This document shows positions 58,801 through 64,000 of a stretch of DNA of 64,000 bases, piece after piece. Position numbers and translations under genes: made by a program. The stretch comes from Alphaproteobacteria bacterium. GTDB lineage: Bacteria; Pseudomonadota; Alphaproteobacteria; RF32; CAG-239. The DNA is taken from the NCBI GenBank assembly GCA_017457005.1, contig JAFTII010000031.1, forward strand, positions 746 to 64,745, written 5' to 3'. Below the pieces are notes generated by a model. The model did not search any database and was not told the origin of the DNA. It saw only the letters and a list, made by a program, of their open reading frames with translations. Each line of letters opens with the position of its first letter. The first letter of the stretch is position 1.

Positions 58801-59021
58801 CGTTTTCTCTGCATAACTTAATTTTTGCTTAACTCTTATCAGCTATATATTTATATTATACCCATAACAAGTAAAGGAATGGTTATGAAAAAATATTTAT
58901 CTTTGATATTTTTATTTACAATTTTTTGCATGGTGGCCGCTTGTGGTAAAATATCTAATCCGGAAGCTGTACCTAATAGCGGATATCCGCATACTTACCC
59001 ATACAGATAAGGAGATTTATA

Positions 59022-59705
59022 ATGGCCGAAAACTCTTTTGAAAACGAGCTTATTCCTTATGTTGAATTTGCCGATAATGCAAATGAACGCACTCCTTGTG
59101 TATTGGTTTTGGATTGTTCCGGTTCAATGCGAGGAGAACCCATCAAGCAATTAAATGCGGGGTTAAAAGCCTTAGAAAAAGAATTAAAAGAAGATATTGA
59201 TGCCAGCTCAAGAGTACAACTTCTGATTATTAAAGCTTTCGGTAAAGATGAAGCTATTATTGCTTCTGATTGGATTGATGCTATGAATTTTGAAGCTCCT
59301 ACAATGGAAGCCGGCGGGCTGACCCCTCTCGGAAAAGCAATGGAATTGGCTCTACAAAAAATAGAAGAACAAAAATGTCTTTATGACAGTTGCGGAATAA
59401 CATCTAAAAGACCTTGGGTATTTTTGATAAGTGACGGTGAGCCGACTGATTATGACTGGGAAATAATTGCTAAAAAATGTCGCTATGCTCAAGATAATAA
59501 AAAAGTCGTTGTTCATGCCGTTGGCACACAGGGTGCAAACTTAGAAAAACTCGCAAAATTTTCAACAATGTCTCCCAAGCGACTTACCGGATTAAAATTT
59601 ACAGAATTTTTCTTATGGCTCAGCAGAAGTGTATCTTGCATTTCCAGAGCTGCTCCCAATACCCCTGACCTGCTAGAAGATACCGGAGAATGGGATGAAG
59701 AATAA
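59022..59705 (+). CDS. vWA-domain protein (TerY-like)
   Basis: MIDAS motif VLDCSGSM, then LISDGEPTD. First gene of a vWA-PP2C-kinase triad. Confidence 0.65.
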   Translation: MAENSFENELIPYVEFADNANERTPCVLVLDCSGSMRGEPIKQLNAGLKALEKELKEDIDASSRVQLLIIKAFGKDEAIIASDWIDAMNFEAPTMEAGGLTPLGKAMELALQKIEEQKCLYDSCGITSKRPWVFLISDGEPTDYDWEIIAKKCRYAQDNKKVVVHAVGTQGANLEKLAKFSTMSPKRLTGLKFTEFFLWLSRSVSCISRAAPNTPDLLEDTGEWDEE

Positions 59706-60432
59706 ACCCCGAATCGTTGCAGCCAGTGTGAGAGGTTCTCTCCATTCCATGTATCAATTGCCTTGCCAAGATTATAACCGCCATGCAATCGGGAAAAATT
59801 TGGTGGCAGTCGTGTCTGATGGAGCAGGATCTGCCAAATTCGGAAAAACAGGGGCAAAAATCATTTGTGATACGATATGTAATATCTTGAAAAATGCCAA
59901 ATTCAAAAATATAAAAAAAGATATAATATCCGCAATACATCTTTCCAGAGAAAAATTAATCTTACATCGTAAAAACAACAGCAAGTCTGAAATCGGCATA
60001 AGTGATTTTGCAGCAACATTAGTCGGGGTTGTTTATCATAAAAACAATGGTATTTTTTTTCATATCGGAGATGGCGCAGCCATTGCCTTAAAAAACGGAC
60101 ATAATGAGGCAATAATTTCAAAACCGGAAAATGGGGATTTCAGTTGTGAAACTTATTTTTATACTCAACAAGAATGGAGAGAAAATCTGCGTTTTACATC
60201 ATTTGATAATGTAAATTCTATTTTTTTGATGAGTGATGGAGTAACTACATTTTCGCTCAGTTCTGATTTTCATAATATAAAAAATAATTTTATTACCCCT
60301 ATAGATACTTTTCTGCGTGAAACTCAAAACAAAATCAAAGCCGTAAAAGCCCTTGCAAATACATTAAATACGCCCAAAGCACAAAAAATCAACACCGATG
60401 ATAAAACGTTGGTTTGGATAAAGGTAAACTAA
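59695..60432 (+). CDS. PP2C-family serine/threonine phosphatase
   Basis: VSDGAGSAKFG and LMSDGV metal-binding Asp motifs. Overlaps the vWA gene by 11 nt. Confidence 0.6.
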   Translation: MKNKPRIVAASVRGSLHSMYQLPCQDYNRHAIGKNLVAVVSDGAGSAKFGKTGAKIICDTICNILKNAKFKNIKKDIISAIHLSREKLILHRKNNSKSEIGISDFAATLVGVVYHKNNGIFFHIGDGAAIALKNGHNEAIISKPENGDFSCETYFYTQQEWRENLRFTSFDNVNSIFLMSDGVTTFSLSSDFHNIKNNFITPIDTFLRETQNKIKAVKALANTLNTPKAQKINTDDKTLVWIKVN

Positions 60433-60433
60433 A

Positions 60434-61894
60434 ATGCAAAAAACACCTCATTCTATATTCAATGCCGTATATGCAGATGGAAATTTTGAAAAAATAACTC
60501 TCGGAAAAATATTAAATCGGGGAGGCGCTTCCGGAAAAATTTATGAGGTTGAAAATCATCCGCAATTAGTAGCTAAAATTTTTCATAACACAAAAAACAG
60601 TCCTACCAATCGCAAAAAATTAGAAGCAATGCTGTTAAATAAACCAAGTTTCCCGCCGGTAGTGGAGACAGATGGCGTAGAATATACTCAAATTGCTTGG
60701 CCGGAAGCTTTGTTAGAAAACGAACAAGGATTTTGTGTCGGCTACTTAATGCCTCTCATTAACATGACTGAAGCAGTTTCTTTAGATCATCTTATGCAAA
60801 AAGCTGTCCGAAAGAAACTCGGACTTCCGGAAAAATATGCTTATCGTATATTTGCAGCATATAATGTTGCCTCAATGATTACATCTTTACACAAATGCGG
60901 GCATTATATGGTTGATTTAAAGCCATCTAATGTTTCTGTTTATAAAAGTAATATGTTAGTCGCAATGGTGGATTGTGACGGTTTTTCCATTAAAGGCGAA
61001 AATGACAGATATCCTGCTGAATTTGTGAGCGAAGAGTATATATATCCGGAAGGAATGACACTATCTTGTCAAGAGATGGGAGAAGAACAAGATAAATTTG
61101 CTTTAGCCGTTATTATATTCCGTTTACTAAACAACGGAATCCATCCTTTCTCCGGCACGCCCAGAAAAAATGATGCAGAAATGTTAACCATTCAAAACCG
61201 AATAGAAAAATATCATTATGCTTACGGATTATGGCCGGATAAATATCAAGCCCCTCACCCTTACAGTCTTCATGAATATTTTGATAAAACGACTTTAGAA
61301 ATGTTTGAAAGGGCTTTTGTAAAAGGCGAAAACCGACCTACAGCCTATGAATGGCAAGAACATTTATGGAAAATAATGCATAATCTGAAACAATGTAAAA
61401 ACAATCCAAATCATGTGTATTTTACATCTAAAGGCTGTGGACTGTGTATGAATGAAGATAAATTTTATCATGAAATCAGCAAAATAAAACAACAAAAACA
61501 AACCCCACCTAAAATACGAGGTATTAAAGTTGATGATTTGGCAAATGAAAAAATAACCATAAATAATACAATTAAAAAAGCTCTTGAATCCAAAATGCAC
61601 CGTATTGTGTTGGGAATTATTGTTTGCTATATGTTATTTTTCGGTATGCTATATAAAATATTAGCTCCGCTTAAAGAGTTGTTGGACAATGTCGGAATCG
61701 GCGTGCAGGCAATCTTAACAACATTTTTGCTTTTAGGAATTAACAAGCTTATTTCAAAATATCAAACGTTGTTCCCTTTATTAAAAAATAAAGCTTTAAC
61801 AGATATGTTGCAAGTATATGCGCTAATTTGCATAATTATTGCGCTTGTATCTGTTAATGATATTCCTAATAATTTACTTGAATTAGATTTTTAA
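60434..61894 (+). CDS. Ser/Thr protein kinase with C-terminal membrane helices
   Basis: Gly-rich loop GGASGKIYEV, catalytic loop HYMVDLKPSNVSV, DCDGFS (DFG-equivalent), C-terminal hydrophobic segments (IVLGIIVCYMLFFGMLYKIL ...). Confidence 0.65.
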   Translation: MQKTPHSIFNAVYADGNFEKITLGKILNRGGASGKIYEVENHPQLVAKIFHNTKNSPTNRKKLEAMLLNKPSFPPVVETDGVEYTQIAWPEALLENEQGFCVGYLMPLINMTEAVSLDHLMQKAVRKKLGLPEKYAYRIFAAYNVASMITSLHKCGHYMVDLKPSNVSVYKSNMLVAMVDCDGFSIKGENDRYPAEFVSEEYIYPEGMTLSCQEMGEEQDKFALAVIIFRLLNNGIHPFSGTPRKNDAEMLTIQNRIEKYHYAYGLWPDKYQAPHPYSLHEYFDKTTLEMFERAFVKGENRPTAYEWQEHLWKIMHNLKQCKNNPNHVYFTSKGCGLCMNEDKFYHEISKIKQQKQTPPKIRGIKVDDLANEKITINNTIKKALESKMHRIVLGIIVCYMLFFGMLYKILAPLKELLDNVGIGVQAILTTFLLLGINKLISKYQTLFPLLKNKALTDMLQVYALICIIIALVSVNDIPNNLLELDF

Positions 61895-61940
61895 AAAAAT
61901 TATATTGCTAGGGTAAATATTTACTTTTAAGGAAAAAACA

Positions 61941-63329
61941 TTGAAAAATCTTAATCCGATTATGATTTCCGGAAAGGAAGTTCTTCCTTTAATAGAAGGA
62001 GGAAAGGGTATCAACGCCAGTGATGGTCGCTCGTCCGGAGCGTGGGCTCATGAAAATTGTGTAGGTACATTTTCCGGTGTCAGTCCTGATTACTATGATG
62101 AAAACGGAAAAGTCATTCCAGAACATTATTTAACAAAAAACAGATTAACCAGACATGTCGAAATGGTTGAGCAATCAATAAAAGGTTGTTTGGCTCAAGC
62201 GAAAATTGCTCATGAAATATCCGGCGGAAACGGTCGTATTCACATGAATATGTTATGGGAACTTGCAGGTTCTCAACAAATTTTGACCGGTGTGCTGGAA
62301 AAAGCAAAAGGCTTAATAAACGGCGTAACTTGTGGTGCAGGATTACCCTATAATTTAGGAGAAATTGCCTCCAAATTCGGAGTTTATTACTATCCGATTA
62401 TCTCATCAGCTCGTGCTTTTCAAGTTCTATGGAAAAGAGCTTATAATCGCTTTATGGAGTATTTGGGCGGGGTTGTTTATGAGGATCCTTGGTTGGCCGG
62501 TGGCCATAACGGGTTATCAAATGCAGAAGATCCGCAGACTCCACAAACACCTTATGAACGTCTTGTAGAGTTGCGAAAAACCATGAATAGCGTGGGTTTA
62601 CATGAAAAACCGATAATTTTAGCCGGCGGTGTATGGGCTTTAGAAGATTGGCAAGACTATATTGATAACCCTGATATAGGAAAAATCGCATTTCAGTTTG
62701 GAACACGTCCAATGATAACAAAAGAAAGTCCGATTAGTGATGCTTGGAAGAAATTGATGTTGCAAGTAAAAAAAGGCGATGTGATTTTACAAAAATTCAG
62801 TCCTACCGGTTTCTTTTCCTCTGCTATAAAAAACACTTTCTTATCGCGTTTGATGGAACGTAAACAAGGAGAAATAACCTTCCAAAAAGAAGCTTCCGAT
62901 GAATATTCTTATCCTTTAGAAATAAGCGAAACAAAAAAGATTTTTATTAAACCGGAAGATGCAGAAAAAGCAAATAAGCAAATTGCAGCAGGGTACTCCG
63001 AAATAAAAGAAACTCCCGATGATACGGTTGTATTTTTATCTGCTGATGAATGGGTGCAAATGAAAGAAGATCGGAAGAATTGTGTCGGTTGCTTATCGCA
63101 ATGCCAATTCTCAGCTTGGTCTCAAGCAAAAGGGAACTCCGGAAGGCTTCCTGACCCAAGATCTTACTGCATACACAAAACTTTATATGATGTAAGCCAT
63201 AACGGCAGTATTGTAGATAATCTGCTTTTTGCCGGACATCAGGTTTATCGTTTTGCAACAGATCCTTTATACAGAAACGGAATACCGTCTGTAAAAGAAC
63301 TGATAGAAAGGATAAAAACCGGAAAATAA
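61941..63329 (+). CDS. Nitronate monooxygenase (NMO)/FabK-like FMN-dependent TIM-barrel oxidoreductase with Cys-rich C-terminal extension
   Basis: LAGGHNG and ILAGGVW blocks resemble the NMO EAGGH and AAGGI motifs; C-terminal CVGCLSQC. Moderate-to-weak call. Confidence 0.4.
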   Translation: MKNLNPIMISGKEVLPLIEGGKGINASDGRSSGAWAHENCVGTFSGVSPDYYDENGKVIPEHYLTKNRLTRHVEMVEQSIKGCLAQAKIAHEISGGNGRIHMNMLWELAGSQQILTGVLEKAKGLINGVTCGAGLPYNLGEIASKFGVYYYPIISSARAFQVLWKRAYNRFMEYLGGVVYEDPWLAGGHNGLSNAEDPQTPQTPYERLVELRKTMNSVGLHEKPIILAGGVWALEDWQDYIDNPDIGKIAFQFGTRPMITKESPISDAWKKLMLQVKKGDVILQKFSPTGFFSSAIKNTFLSRLMERKQGEITFQKEASDEYSYPLEISETKKIFIKPEDAEKANKQIAAGYSEIKETPDDTVVFLSADEWVQMKEDRKNCVGCLSQCQFSAWSQAKGNSGRLPDPRSYCIHKTLYDVSHNGSIVDNLLFAGHQVYRFATDPLYRNGIPSVKELIERIKTGK

Positions 63330-63437
63330 AATTTTACCCCTTGTTATTCAAACAAGGGGTTTTTTATATTAACCAATATTAAACCTGTAATAATTATACT
63401 ATAGTGAACAACAACATTAACTTTATCGGTATATTAC

Positions 63438-64000
63438 ATGTTAAGTTTAAAGCATTTATCCATAAGTTCATTTAATGAAAACATTGCTTATATTCATAAG
63501 GACTGCAATGCGTATAAAGTAGATGATGTTTCTTCTCTCACAAAAGTAGAAATTCATGGCGGGATGAAACCCATCTATGCTTTTTTGCAAATTGTAGATG
63601 ATGAAGATATTGTTCAGCCTACAGAAATCGGTTTAAATAATGAAGCGTTTGAAAAAATCAACATTCCCGAAGGTGCTAATGTATCTATGACTATAGCTCC
63701 TTCAGCTCCAAGCTTGGTTTCCATAAAAAGGAAAATAAACGGAAACATATTAAACGCCGGAGAATACTCGTCTATAATCAATGACATAACATCTCATCGT
63801 TATTCAAATATGGATATTGCTTCTTTTTTAGTGGCTTCCGGTTCATTTATGATTGCTCCGGAAGTGCTTGCTTTAACAGAATCACTTATCGGAGAAAATA
63901 CATTTCACTGGGATAATGAGAATATTGTTGTTGATTTTCATTGTTTGGGCGGTGTTCCGGGTAATAAGACAGATATTATAATTGCAGCGATTGTTGCGGC
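63438..64000 (+). CDS. Thymidine phosphorylase-family protein (glycosyltransferase family 3), 5' part only; ORF continues beyond the window
   Basis: VDFHCLGGVPGNKTDIIIAAIVA aligns with the DKHSTGGVGD...GPMVAA phosphate-binding motif of DeoA-type enzymes. N-terminal ~100-aa extension as in putative thymidine phosphorylases. Absent from the ORF track because it has no stop in the window. Confidence 0.55.
   Translation, partial: MLSLKHLSISSFNENIAYIHKDCNAYKVDDVSSLTKVEIHGGMKPIYAFLQIVDDEDIVQPTEIGLNNEAFEKINIPEGANVSMTIAPSAPSLVSIKRKINGNILNAGEYSSIINDITSHRYSNMDIASFLVASGSFMIAPEVLALTESLIGENTFHWDNENIVVDFHCLGGVPGNKTDIIIAAIVA

Noticed and set aside
1-64000. CRISPR arrays, IS elements, integrase/transposase genes
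   Set aside because: No short regularly spaced direct repeats, no transposase- or integrase-like ORFs, and no inverted terminal repeats were seen. The secretion loci therefore cannot be assigned to an ICE or plasmid from this window alone.

Overview
This is a 64-kb AT-rich bacterial window. Gene content and order point to an alphaproteobacterium of the Rickettsiales/Holosporales kind (rpmH-rnpA-yidD-yidC-engB, an ELM1-like gene, duplicated VirB8); this is an inference, not a database result.

Two divergently transcribed accessory systems fill the first 31 kb.

(1) Positions 1-19854 on the minus strand form one ~20-kb, translationally coupled operon encoding a divergent VirB/Rvh-like type IV secretion system. 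It has three VirB2-like pilin paralogs: a single unit, a tandem two-unit fusion, and a 762-aa coiled-coil/pilin fusion. These are followed by VirB3, VirB4, five consecutive signal-peptide coiled-coil repeat proteins (169-1293 aa) where VirB5/VirB6 would be expected, a VirB8 paralog, a VirB7-like lipoprotein, a second VirB8 paralog, a VirB9-like protein and a VirB10-like candidate that runs off the window. No polytopic VirB6-like protein, VirB11 or VirD4 is visible in the window.

(2) Positions 20152-30928 on the plus strand hold an R64/PAPI-1-style type IVb pilus locus: a TcpQ/PilL-like lipoprotein, a lipoprotein secretin, PilO-like and PilP-like proteins, a GspE-family ATPase, a platform protein and a type IVb prepilin.

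The remaining ~33 kb is mostly housekeeping: gpsA, three tRNAs, murI, yidC cluster, engB, cbpA-like, rsmE, cmk, rpsA, gpt.

Embedded in the housekeeping part are several smaller items. Two tRNAs bracket an islet containing a NERD-domain gene. There is an SLT lytic transglycosylase and a stand-alone PilT/VirB11-family ATPase. An Hpt gene sits next to a LuxR-type response regulator gene. A TerY-P-like triad (vWA protein, PP2C phosphatase, membrane Ser/Thr kinase) is followed by an NMO-like oxidoreductase and a partial thymidine-phosphorylase-family gene.

All calls come from reading the sequence and the ORF translations and matching remembered family motifs. No database search was possible.
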